A stretch of 64,000 nucleotides of DNA from Podarcis melisellensis (taxonomy: Eukaryota), in NCBI GenBank assembly GCA_964234715.1, contig OZ174289.1, one strand, 5' to 3'. The position numbers and the translations under genes were made by a program. Shown one piece after another: positions 35,422 to 47,089 of this stretch. Numbering within the stretch: position 1 is the first letter of the stretch; each line of letters starts with the position of its first letter. A model generated the notes under the pieces. That model ran no database searches. It was not told where the DNA came from and saw only the letters and a program-made list of their open reading frames with translations.

Positions 35422-36113
35422 CAACACGGCTACCTATCTGTAAATGTATGTAATTGTTCACAATAGCTTTTCAAATAAATTATAAACTTTCCCCATTCTT
35501 TATTAAAGACTTCTTCCTGGTTTCTAATTTTTTCTGTAAGTTTTGACATCTCAGCATAGTTCATCAGTTTTGTCTGCCACTCTTCTTTGGTCGGTGTTGT
35601 ACCATCTTTCCATTTCTGGGCTAAGAGAGTGTGCACAGCCGTGGTCACATACATAGTTTTGTCTAGCCCATTGGGATCTCTGGTCCTATAATACCTAAAA
35701 GAAAAGCTTCTGGTTTCTTAGGAAAAGTTATTTTCAACATTTTTTTCAGTTCATTATATATCATTTCCCAGAGGTCTTTTAAAACATTTATGGTGCGGTC
35801 TACTCAGAAGTAAGCACCATCGAATTCAATATGACTTATCCACACTTCCTTTTGTTCTGCTGCTTTCTCCTGGGGAAAGCCATTCTTTATAGTGCTTGAT
35901 GATCACAATTCAGGTTTTCTTCAGATTGATGTTCACTCCAATTTAGAATTAAAAGAGAGTGTTTACCCTGGGAAAGGAGCAGGGCAAGGGGAAAGCCGCT
36001 CGGACCCATCCATAAACAGCACAGGGCAAGCAGAAAACTACTTGGACCCGTGCTTTCTAGATATGGGACATGAAATTAATGGACAAGGCTGAGTTAGGTC
36101 CATTAATTAATAG

Positions 36114-36585
36114 TGTTACAACCCACCCCAGTTTCCATGAGTGGTGTGAGACTCCCAGGTGTGCTTTCCAGGGTCTGTGAGCCTGTTGAAGACAATGAGA
36201 CACAGCAGAATCTGTGGTGTCATGATATGTGTTTTATTTACACATATATAGAACTTGTGTCTAGATGGAGGGACTGCAGAGTGTTTGCATCACAAGATGG
36301 TCCTATTCCTCTCATTGCTGCAGCCTCAGATTCCAAGAGACCGCAAACATCATGTCTGACCCTCTCTGCAGCATTGTGCTTTGCCTCCCCACACACCCAC
36401 ACTCCAGCTTGAAAAGGGACACCTTTGTCCTGTTTGCTTATCTCATCCTTCACTGCAATTCTGCCCCTCCCTTCTGAAATTCTGGCTTCTTGTCTCTGCT
36501 AACTATCTCTCACTTCAGGGAGAGGATTTCCCCCATTGTAAGTGGGGAAATAGCCTGGCTGGCTATTTATGCATTGCAAACAGAA
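36114..36585 (-). mobile_element. Possible solo LTR
   Basis: Starts TGTTACA on the plus strand, with a reverse AATAAA (tttatt) at about 36233-36238. Right boundary and TSD not resolved. Confidence 0.3.
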
Positions 36586-36801
36586 TGCCATACTAGATAG
36601 ATCTTGATGTGACCCAGTGTGGCAGTTACATTCATGGATACAATTTTTGAAGCAGGGTTATACTCTTCTCACCTCTTTGCCTTGAGAAATTAAACCCTAC
36701 CTCAGCATTCGTGTTTTCTTAATATTTCTTAGCTTGACTTGTATCCTTCCATGTTTTCAGTGTGAAGCCTAAGTTCTGTTGATCTCTCTTTTTCTTTTCA
36801 G

Positions 36802-36931
36802 GTATGGGGAAATTGTGAACATAAATCTAGTACGTGACAAAAAGACAGGGAAATCCAAAGGTTTCTGTTTCATTTGCTATGAAGATCAGCGAAGCACTAT
36901 TCTTGCGGTTGATAATTTTAATGGAATAAAG
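36802..36931 (+). CDS. RBMX2: RBMX2 coding exon 4
   Basis: tttcag|G ... AAG|gttggt. Encodes [43 protein letters not shown] (RNP1). Confidence 0.95.
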
Positions 36932-37270
36932 GTTGGTTTGGCAATTGGAGACATAAAGTGTCTAGAATTCCTCTCTGTTGTACTTAGCTACTAGAGTCAG
37001 GCTGTGATAAGTCCTCAATCTGGAAGATGCATTGAGTCACCAGACTCTTCTAGGAAAGGTTTGCAGAAATTGAGCATTTTCAATAGCCCTCAAAAGGACT
37101 AGTCATAGTATTCTGTCAGGCATCTTAACATTCTATGAGTTTAGTTCTTATTTTGCTCCAGGCTTATGTTTTGTGGTGCCACTTCTGCCTAAATCAAAAG
37201 AAGAGGAGAATAACCAGGTTGCCAGTTTAGATGTGTCTGTTCCATAATTGTAATGATTCTCTGTTCACAG

Positions 37271-37448
37271 ATTAAAGGAAGGACAATTCGTGTGGACCAT
37301 GTGGCTAACTATCGCCCACCGAAAGACTCTGAGGATATTGATGATGTAACAAAAGCTCTCCGAGAAAAAGGATGTGGTGCTAAAACACCTCCAAGTTCAC
37401 CAGAGTCTTCAAAAGATAGTGAGGTGGTAGTAAAGAAACACAAAAAAG
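37271..37448 (+). CDS. RBMX2: RBMX2 coding exon 5
   Basis: ttcacag|ATT ... G|gtaaca. Encodes IKGRTIRVDHVANYRPPKDSEDIDDVTKALREKGCGAKTP...KKHKK. Confidence 0.93.
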
Positions 37449-38008
37449 GTAACATCTACGTGTGTGTCTGAAAATTGTCTGTTTGAAACTCCTAAGTCTA
37501 GAAATATGAGCCAGCTTTTGATTCCTAGAAATGACTAGTGCGCAAGTGACAAAGCATGGTGGAAAGTCCAAAGTTATGTCATCTTCCCTGCCTTTCTTGA
37601 GTTATAGTATGCATTTTACCTGACTAGGTGTGAAATATCTGCTAGGATTGTCTAGCCTTTGTTTAACGGGTGGTTTGAGCAGGTGAGGGTGAAGGATGGC
37701 TAGTCTTTATGTGTATTTCTCTTAAACTGTTGCCCTTGATCCTTACAATGTATAATGCAAGGTCAGCAGTAGGGCAGAACTGATACCAAGAATAAAAAGA
37801 GCGAACTGAATTTGGGAAAGATGGGTTTAAAAATGTTTCGTGTCTGATTGTCTTGGGATTGTTAGGGCATATGACACACTAGGAAGAAGAGTTTCCTGGA
37901 GAGATGAAATATTTGGGAATGGTTAGATGAAAGAGCAGAAATAATGAGGACCTTTAGTAGGGATGTGGCAAACCTTTTTGACCTCTGTGTCTTGCTGTTC
38001 GTCTAAAG

Positions 38009-38367
38009 AGAAAAGCAAGAAGAAGAAGAAAGAGAAGAGAGAGCACCGAAAATGCGCGAAAGAGGAACAGCTTGCAGACTCGCCTCCTTCTAAAACCAGG
38101 ATCAAAGTGGAGAAGGAAGACCCAGGGTATGAATGGCATGCCAATGCAAGTCAGCAGACCTGGAGTAGCACATCTGGGCACAAACATGCAAGCAGGGCAC
38201 AACATGAACAGGAGTCTAAGTATGAGCATGTGAGAGTGAGGTCTCGAGACAGAGCCACAGACAGGGACAGGCAAGAACAGAGAACAATCCGCAGTGAGAA
38301 GCACAAGAAGGTAGATACTTCCAAAGAAAGGCCCCGAGCAATAGAAAGCAGAAGATCCCGGGAGTGA
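38009..38367 (+). CDS. RBMX2: RBMX2 terminal coding exon (K/R/S/E-rich tail)
   Basis: The phase-1-compatible acceptor is gtctaaag|AG, giving EKSKKKKKEK...RRSRE*. AATAAA at 38544-38549. The AAG acceptor makes this boundary less certain. Confidence 0.75.
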
Positions 38368-39087
38368 TGGAAGAGAAGAAAAGCCCTGCAAGGAGGAGCC
38401 TTCAAGCCACCACAGACCCACCTGACCCTGTGACATGCAGGGAGCCCTGAATCCTTGGTGGAGTGAATGTTGTGTGCTGTTGGCCTCTGTTTGTTTTTAA
38501 GTAACTTTTTATTGTTTTGGAAATAGAAATAATGAATTTTGCAAATAAATAGACCATGTCTTCACATGTCATTTGTATATATTACAATCTTGTACCTATT
38601 ATTTCTCCACTAATCCCAATATCACATCACCCAGATTTTTATCAGCAAGGGAGAGTTAAACAATTTGAACACTGGGAATTCTCATTGCAAGATTTCTATA
38701 CCAATAATCAACCTATATTTGGTAACCAAATAAAATTCATCAAATCTAAAACACAAACTGGATTTATTTTAATCATATTCGTAGTTTTATTGTAAAAGAA
38801 CATTGTAAAAGAACATGTAAAAACACAAGTTCTGAGACCCTTAACACAATCTGAAAATTTATTAAGCATAAACGATTAGTGTCTAAATTGTACTCTATAT
38901 AACTTAGTGCTGGTTCGACTCGTAGATCACCTGACTGATTTCTGTCGATCGCAGCCCAGCTCCTCTCCAAGGCAGCCTGAGAGAGCACAGCATGCTCCTC
39001 ACAAAAGACGCACCTGCACAACAAAGGCAGAAGGAGAAGGAGAAGCAAGGAGGCAGAAGGAGGCATACGCAGACAGAGAGGCATGCC

Positions 39088-39089
<2 letters not shown>

Positions 39090-39142
<53 letters not shown>
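39090..39142 (+). repeat. (GA)n microsatellite
   Basis: Direct reading of the sequence. Confidence 0.95.
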
Positions 39143-39145
<3 letters not shown>

Positions 39146-39180
39146 AGCTGGGTGCAGAAAGGATTCCTTTAGGTTCACAC

Positions 39181-39885
39181 TGTGATAGGAATTTTATAGT
39201 CTTAGATATATGGTAATAAGTGTACCAACCAAGCACATACATAGATCAGCACAGGAAGACCAACCTGGAACCATTTTGATTCCTAAACTAATCAAATGTT
39301 TTCTCTGCAAGGTCAAAGTGGAAAACCCTCCCCATTCTCTTTTCCTTCACAAATCCTGTCTTAAGGGTATATCTGTGTTTGAATAGGGTGTGAGCCTGTG
39401 ACCTGGCCCAGGAACTAAGTATTTACCACTACAAAAGCATGGCCAGGCTCCCCAGGCAATCCAATCAAGTAACCTGCCAGACAGGAGATCAACAACAACA
39501 GGAGAAAACAATATTCAAATTTATGTTTTATACTGCCTTTTCTGTGGTGTAGGTGTGATGTATCTGAGGGGTGGTCTTAGGTTACACCCCTTCTGTGATG
39601 TATGCATGATGTTTCTGGGGGTGGTCTTGATCTACAAGGTGGCAATTTCAAAAGTCTTTATAAGGCCTTGCACAGCATTTTTCTGGGTCCTCCTCCTTTC
39701 TTGCATTTGAGGGGAGCACCCTGTTGCAACAGATCAATAAAGATCAAGTTTACTAGCTGCTTTGCTTCTCAATATTCTCTGGTTGGCCTCTGTTATTCTC
39801 TCCTACCAATAGGGAACCTATGTAAGGACTCTATATGGGCTCTTGGATACCCCATAAGGGAAAAGGGCAAAATGTTGTTTACAAC
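39181..39885 (+). mobile_element. Probable solo LTR
   Basis: TG...CA ends (left end tentative), TATAA near 39660, AATAAA at 39736-39741. Homologous in reverse orientation to the segment split by L1 at about 27020-27099 plus 30342-30400. Confidence 0.55.
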
Positions 39886-41215
39886 AACAACAACAACAAC
39901 AACACACACACACACACACACAGAGAAGCCCAGCACACTCTGACTGGCTTTTCAGAGAACTTTTGCCTCCCTTTCTCCCTCCCCCCTTAAACTCCCCCTT
40001 CTCATGTTAAGTTAGCCACCTCCTTCCACACATGCACCCCATGCACACTCCTTGTCCCTCCAGTTTGAGTGTTTTTCCTCCCCCCCACCCCACTTAAACT
40101 CCCCCCTCCCATGTCAAGTTAGCCACCTCCTTCCACACACGCATGCACCCCGTGGTTACTTGAAAAATGGGCACTTTTCCCATGGAGACCACAATTAAGT
40201 CATCAGCTGGAAATTAGAAGCTAAGGTTGCGTTTACAAGCTGACTTCCTTGCTCGAAAGCAAAACGCATCCAAATCCAAAGGGGCAGGCGAAAGCGCCAT
40301 CCATGCTGCTGTTAAAAGACCTGAAGGGAAGTGTTGATCTCCTTCCAGGGTTCTGAGTGTTAATATGCTCTTGAAAAACTCTTTATTAATTGGTTTCCTT
40401 TGAAACACTTGTAAACGCCATGTAATGCAAAAAGTCACATTTCACATAACGACATGTGGCTGTGCTTTTGTCGTCTTCGGTGACTGCCTACCTTGGTGTA
40501 GTCCACTTTTCTTCAGCTGGTGGGTGTTCTGAGACCCAGATTTAGGGCACATTTCAAGCACACCAGCAAGAGCCATGGCAGCGCCAGAGGGAGAAAATTG
40601 CTCTCCAAGGGATACAGCCCTCCCCACTTGCCTCCTCAATTGCTGGACTCCTGTCCTTAATGCATACTATTTGTCTCAAATTAGACCTTAATATAAATGA
40701 GATTACCTGACGAAAGCAAGCTCACACTTCTCTTTTAATTTGTATAGATACTTAAGGTGCATATGTAAGATGTTTGTTTATAATTATATTTTGAGAATGA
40801 TTCATGTTCTTATGTAGCTGCATTGTTTAATACTTTCCGGATTTCCCATGATAATATTATAAAGTAGCTGTGTTCTATGTTACAAATCAAGCACTGCTAG
40901 GAGTTGCCCCCCCCCCCCCCAATGTACGGTATTTCTTATCGCTAAAAAATTCAGCGTGGACTAGATATATATTTTTTTAGAACCACTGTGTTAAAGAGTC
41001 AAGCATCGTGTTTAGTTCTGTTAGTGGATTTTCCATTGGAAGCATTAGTTCTTTCCAAGTATTTTACAATAAGCTTTACAGCTACACACACAGACACACA
41101 CATATACACACAAAATAAATGCATTTGCAAAAACTTACAAATTTGGTTGCATATGAACATATCATTTACAAGAATTAAATAAAACAGTCAAAATATTTAA
41201 CTTGTACACTGAGTA

Positions 41216-42042
41216 CCATATTTTTCACTCCATAAGCCACAATTTTTTACTCTTAAAAAATAAGGGGAAATGTCTGTGCGTCTTATGGAGCAAATGCGTG
41301 GTCCATGGAGCCGAATTGCCCAGGGGCAAAAAGCAGATCATGCTTTTTTTTTTTAAGAAAGCAGGAAGAGGGTGTTGAAACAGAGCCACTGAGCAGCTAA
41401 TCAGCAAGCGATCAGGAGGGGAGATAAGGGACTCTAGCGATAAAGGAGGCTGCCTGGGGGGGGGGGGTAAAGACAGCGAACTTGCAAGGAGAGGAGACAG
41501 GAAGATTAAAGCAATAAGGAGAGTAATTAGAAGAAAAGAAGGAGCAAAATACTGCTCCAGCTAAGTAAAAGACACTAAGAGGGAAGAGGGTGTTGAAACA
41601 AAGCCGCTGAGCAGCTGATTGGCAAGGGATCGGGAGGGACATAAGGGACTCTAGAGATAATGGAGGCTGCCTGGGAGCAGGGAGGTGAAAGCACATGGAT
41701 CCTCAGGATTTTTGCACTGGGTCACCACGAATTCACCATCAGATTACATAGCATGTCCATGCTACAGCCTGCACCGAAAAAAATCACGCATCCACTGTTT
41801 CGTGGGGCCACAATGGCGCAAATACGTGATTACAAAGCACGGATCCACATGGATCATCACGATTTTTGCATTGGGTCACCCCAAACTCACTGTGAAATCA
41901 CATATAATGTCTGTGGCCACAGCATGAACCACAAAAATCATACATCCACTGTTTCGTTCAGAATATATTTTTTCTTGTTTTCCTCCTCTAAAAACTAGGT
42001 GTGTCTTATGGTCAGGTGCGTCTTATGGAGCGAAAAATACGG
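41216..42042. mobile_element. Older non-autonomous Tc1/mariner-type element, TIR family related to 32984-34609
   Basis: ta|ccatatttttcactccataag ... cttatggagcgaaaaatacgg|ta. Internal direct repeat of about 100 bp at 41364 and 41582. Confidence 0.75.
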
Positions 42043-42192
42043 TAGTTCCAATTAAATCAGGTATAATAACGTATGATGTTTAGATTGGTGAACATAGGCA
42101 AATAAAAGTTTATACCTGTAACAATTCAAAATTATATGTTTTAATATCCATTCTTTTTGCCATTAGTTACATATATCATAATTAGAGAAAGA

Positions 42193-42415
42193 CAGTGGTA
42201 TCTCACTTTTCGAACGTCTCCGTTGACAAACATTTCTGTTTTCGAATGCTGTAAACCCGGAAGTAAATGCCTTGGTTTTCGAACATGCCTCGGAAGTCAA
42301 ACATGTCATGCGGTTTCCATATTGAGGCTTCCGTATTGAGTTTTTGGTTTTTGAATGTTTTGGAACTCGAACTGTCTTCCAGAATGGATTACGTTTGAAA
42401 ACTGAGGTACCATTG
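42193..42415. mobile_element. Tigger/mariner-type MITE
   Basis: Ends cagtggtatctca ... tgaggtaccattg|ta. Confidence 0.6.
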
Positions 42416-43029
42416 TAATAGGGAGTGAAGGAAGAGGGATTACATATGTTCACCAGACTGTATTATAGATGTACTTTCCTACCATATGCTTCATTGTGAA
42501 ATTGTAATAAAATCATACCAAACTGCATAAAAGTTGCCATGTTTCTTTTGTCCTGTCACTATTAATTTTTGTATGAGTGTTTCTAGCAGTGCTGTCTGCC
42601 AGATGATGGTCTATATTTCATAACTGTAAGGATTTCCATGATCTGGCAGTAGCTGTTCTTGCAGCGGTTAACAAATGTGTTATAAGTTCTTATTTCTAAT
42701 GCATAACATGTCTTGGTTGTATAATTTGAGCCAGCTCTGGGTCATGGGAATTGTTTGTGCTCTGATCAGAGATATTTATGAAAAAAAAGCTTTCCAAAAA
42801 TGTTCATATTTGGGGCAGTCCTACCACATATGCTGGCGTGTCCCTATGCTAGCACATCCTCCCCAAGACATGGGAGAGCTGTTTGGTTTTATATATGCTA
42901 TACATCTGGGAGTTAGGTGCCATCCATGTACTTTCTTGAGAATTCTTTCCCTTGTCATTGTTGATAGAGATTTGGTCTTAAGTTAATTTAACCTTTTCTT
43001 CTATGTCTAAATACCAGTTTAAAAAAGAT

Positions 43030-43282
43030 AAAGGTAAAGGACCCCTGACAGTTAAGTCCAGTCGCAGACAACTCTGGGGTTGCAGCACCCGTCTCGCTTT
43101 AATGGCAGAGGGAGCCAACGTTTGTCCGCAGACAGTTTTTCTGGGTCATGTTGCCAGCATGACAAGCCTCTTCTGACAAAACCAGAGCAGCGCACGGAAG
43201 CGCCGTTTACCTTCCCACCGGAGCGGTACCTATTTATCTACTTGCACTTTTTGGCGTGCTTTCAGACTCCTAGGTTGGCAGG
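43030..43282 (-). mobile_element. 5'-truncated Sauria SINE
   Basis: AAAGGT tail and core present, tRNA head absent. Confidence 0.8.
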
Positions 43283-43569
43283 AAAATACAAGCTTAGTTC
43301 TCACCAATTTCCTAATTTTGCTGAGGGCAAAATTGTACCTCTATAATAGTTATATACATGGATGAAGTTAGACCTTTCATCACCATGTTTTCTCCAACTA
43401 TTATTTTCTCATATGCTGTTAATTATCCAGTAGCTTCTTTTTTAGCTTGAGTGCATATTAAAAGGATTGTAACTGATAATCCAGTAGCTATAGAATTGGA
43501 ACATATCCCAATTGATTTTGTATTTCAGTTGCATACACACAAACCCTGCCCTAGGATAGGACCTTCACC

Positions 43570-45773
43570 CCTTAAAAGTTGTGAGTGTAAACAGGTTTAT
43601 GAGCCGGTGTAAGGAACAGAACTTGTTTTTCATAAATGCTATTGCACTTATAGACACACCATCTGCTGTCTGATATTGTCCATTGGACTCCTGTTTGAGT
43701 TGACACTAAATCTGCCATATTGATTAAGTGACTTGCTTCATAATAACTAAGTTTGGGAGTCCCTATCCACCTATGGTGGGATGAAGGGAAAGCATTAAAA
43801 AAAGTATGATCTATCTGATTGGAATTTGAATTCATTAATCCTCCTTTGCCATTATGCAATATGGGCTGATAGGTCCTAGACTGGCCATATTTCCAATATA
43901 AAAAGTAATTCTGGCACCAGCATTACTTTAGATACAGCCTGTCAACCAGTAATAGACAGATTCATTTTGTTCCAGTGCCATATGTTTGAATTTATTGTTT
44001 TCCAAACTTTGTTATAATTTACCTGGTGTAAAGTTATAGGTGACTGCTATTCCTAAATATCTGAAAGTTTTCCTGGCTATTGGTATCTGTAATGTTTGGA
44101 GCCTGTGGTGTATGGAAAAACACTCCTTTTTTTGAAATTTTACTTTAAGTCCAGAAACAGTGGGAAAAGCCTCAAATTCCTCACTTAACACCCTATCAAC
44201 ACTAATGGGATCTGATGTACATGATGTACATAAAATAATACCATCTGCATAAAATCCCAGGATGTATTCCTTTCTGTTAATGGTTACCCCCTTTCCAGCT
44301 AAAACTGAATGTAGACTTCTTGCTAAGTGTTCTAAGATTAATGCAAATAACAGAGGTGATAGCCGACAGGCTTTTTTTGTTTTGTGGCCAAGAAGACATT
44401 TAGGTAAATCTATATTATTTATTCTAATAGTGGCAGACGACATAGCAGAAATTTCCGCTAATGATAGGGTAAATTTAGGGCCAGGATTGTAAAAAAATTA
44501 TAATCCAAATTAAGAAAAGAAATTGAATGGTAAGATTCTAACTTTGAGGAGTATGGTTTGGAGATTCCTACGTGAAAACAATTGAGAATAGTAGTAATGG
44601 GTCCTTTTTGCAAAGATATTTTGCCAACAACGTCTGTTTAAAGTATGTACAGTGGTACCTCGGGTTAAGTACTTAACCTGAAACTGTTCTTAACCTGAAG
44701 CACCACTTTAGCTAATGGGGCCTCCTGCTGCCGCTGCGCCGCTGGAGCACAATTTCTGTTCTAACCCTGAAGCAAAGTTCTTAACCTGAAGCACTATTTC
44801 TGGATTAGCGGAGTCTGTAACCTGAAGCGTATGTAACCCGAGGTACCACTGTATTTACATTTATACTTGTAGTCATTTTTGTAAATAATTATTAATTTTC
44901 TCTACCAATTCACACCTTCTATGCTTACTGTTCTTGTTCTGTTAATTAATTGGAACTCCAGCAAGTTTACCTAAGTTCCAGGTCTGGAACCTTCTTAAAA
45001 CTATTAAAATATTAGGGAAATATAGCTTGAAGCATACTCTATTTGAACAGCAGACAGTAATGCAGCACCTCTGTGAGTACAGAGTACTGTATACCACAAG
45101 CATAAAAAGCAAATATATTTCAAACATTTTAAAGAAATAAATGTGGGAGTATATTGAAATCAACCTTTGTTTTCAAACAACATATGCCTGTCCCCAGGTG
45201 CCTTCTTTAAGAATGCATTTCCAATGCATAACCCGTTCCAGTCCGGATGCTTTTGTTTTCTGTGGAGTTTTTTTTAAATGTCAAAAGGTAAATCCTGAAA
45301 GATCTTAACTGGGTTGTTGTCTTAGGTTGGATATTCCTTCCAACTTTCTTAAGAGCTTTCCAAATCTCACATTTTTTCTTGAAACAATGAAAACACATAA
45401 TAATGTCCCTTGAATAAACTGGACCTGGGACCGGAACCTTTTGCACATTTTGTCCAAATCCAGAAAGTTGTAAGTATGAATGGATTTGTAAGCCAATGTA
45501 AAGAGCAGAGATGTATTTAAAAACAAACAAAAACAGAACATTGCTTTTATAAGGACACCATATATTTCCAAGTTCTTTAAGGTGCCCCGCTAAGCTCGCT
45601 TATTGCCAGACATTAGCTCTGTCATGTTGCTGAATTAGCATGCGTTGTCATAGCTGTTTAGATTTGGGAGTCCCCATCCTCCAACAGTTGGTTTTTTTAA
45701 TGTGTGGTCTGCCTGTTTGCAATATGAATTTGTTAAGTTTCCTTTGTCATTTGGACGTATGGATTGGTGTGAT
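43570..45773 (-). mobile_element. Old, degraded L1 ORF2 fragments (probably two copies)
   Basis: Minus-strand translations LSPLLFALILEHLA..FYADGIIL..SGLKV..FRYLGI (44012-44443) and GGWGLPNL (about 45650-45690). Confidence 0.65.
44650..44851. mobile_element. Tigger/mariner-type MITE
   Basis: TIR CAGTGGTACCTCGGGTTA / TAACCCGAGGTACCACTG with TA TSD. Confidence 0.85.
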
Positions 45774-45907
45774 NNNNNNNNNNNNNNNNNNNNNNNNNNN
45801 NNNNNNNNNNNNNNNNNNNNNNNNNNNNNNNNNNNNNNNNNNNNNNNNNNNNNNNNNNNNNNNNNNNNNNNNNNNNNNNNNNNNNNNNNNNNNNNNNNNN
45901 NNNNNNN
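45774..45907. other. Assembly gap (134 N)
   Basis: Run of N. Confidence 1.
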
Positions 45908-45974
45908 GTTGCTATCAGCTGGTCCATAAAATTTTATAATATGCCCCATCATTTATTTGTTTAAAATATGCTGG

Positions 45975-46128
45975 AGCATGGATAAATCAGTTGGTTAGAG
46001 CATGGTGCAGATAACACAAAGGTTGCAGGTTGAATTCCTGTATAAGACAGTTGCTTATTCATGCAGTTCAGGAGGTTGGGCTAGATGATCCTCAGGGTTG
46101 CTTCCAAGTCTTCAATTCTCTGATTCTC
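45975..46128 (+). mobile_element. tRNA(Ile)-headed SINE with CR1-type tail
   Basis: tcagttggttagagcatggtgcagataacacaaaggttgcaggtt is tRNA-Ile-like, followed by ctagatgatcctcaggg..ttccaa..aattctctgattct. Confidence 0.6.
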
Positions 46129-47089
46129 TTGTTACTCTTATAGTTTACCTTTTACATTTAGTGGTACTGGAGTGCCCTCTACTGTTGAAAGAGGACATAA
46201 ACCATATCTTTTAAAGGTTTAAGTTAATTCAACTGCTTTTTCAAACTTGTGACATATGTAGCTTCATTGCAGAATTGAACTGCAGAATTATAGCAAAACT
46301 GTGCAAAGCTTAGACTGGTGAAGGACACTATTGATTATTTGCCAAAATAAGTACGGGTATTAATTACTTTAAATGTGAAGGGGTTAGGAGAGCCAATAAA
46401 ATGTTCAGAATGGCAACTTATTTGTTCAAAATGGACATACAGTCTTTTTGCAAAAAACACATAAAAGATTTTTTTTTAAATACAATGATTCATTTATGTT
46501 CCGATTAAAATCACCATCAGTTATTAACTCATTTGAGCTTTTTCCCCCCTTTTCATTTTTGCCACGGGGTTGCCCCCAACCCCAGGAAGGGTAATTGGCA
46601 TCAATAGATGCCAGTGTGATACTGTGTTCCATTAACAATGCCTTTATTGAGAACAAATTGATGTGTTTATTGTCAGATACAGTTGATTGTCGGGAAACGA
46701 AGACCAAGAGTGCTAAACCTGATACAGTACCAGTTTCTGAGAAAGGTTGTTCTTAAAACAGATTTAGTCAAGGAAAGGCATTAAAGATCTGACATTAAGT
46801 GTTTGCAGATCACAGTGATCTCCACAGATGTCTGCCATGCAGGTCTTGCTCTGTTTTGTTCATGCTCTACAAAAATCTTAAGATTTTAAATGTGAAAATG
46901 AAAGGAGTCGCTTTGATAAAAACACTGCAAGGCCTAGAAAGACCTTTCTTCTGTTGTGTAGATAGGTGGTTTGTTCCTTCCCAAATATCTGTAGTGATGA
47001 TGTCCTCCTATACAGTATTTAATATGACCATCATCCTCTCATGCTGGCCAACAGGCAAGAATGAAATCGCAAGAACCTAGTCCTAATCG

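Larger units (their letters stand above)
35135..35442 (-). mobile_element. Penelope-like / retrozyme-like partial tandem insertion
   Basis: About 90-bp direct repeat (35141-35230 and 35332-35421), 23-bp inverted terminal copy (35291-35313 vs 35421-35443), and 13-bp TSD aatgtatgtaatt (35122-35134 and 35443-35455). Confidence 0.75.
34616..35780 (-). mobile_element. Decayed L1 3' fragment(s) in RBMX2 intron 3, interrupted by the ribozyme insertion
   Basis: Minus-strand ORF MYVTTAVHTLLAQKWK..PTKEEWQTKLMNYAEM, an upstream FPKKPEAFLLG-like segment, and a T-rich 3' end. Confidence 0.7.

Noticed and set aside
40200-40640. CpG-containing stretch with short ORFs on both strands
   Set aside because: No recognisable protein motif or splice structure. 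It may be part of an unclassified repeat, so no call is supported.
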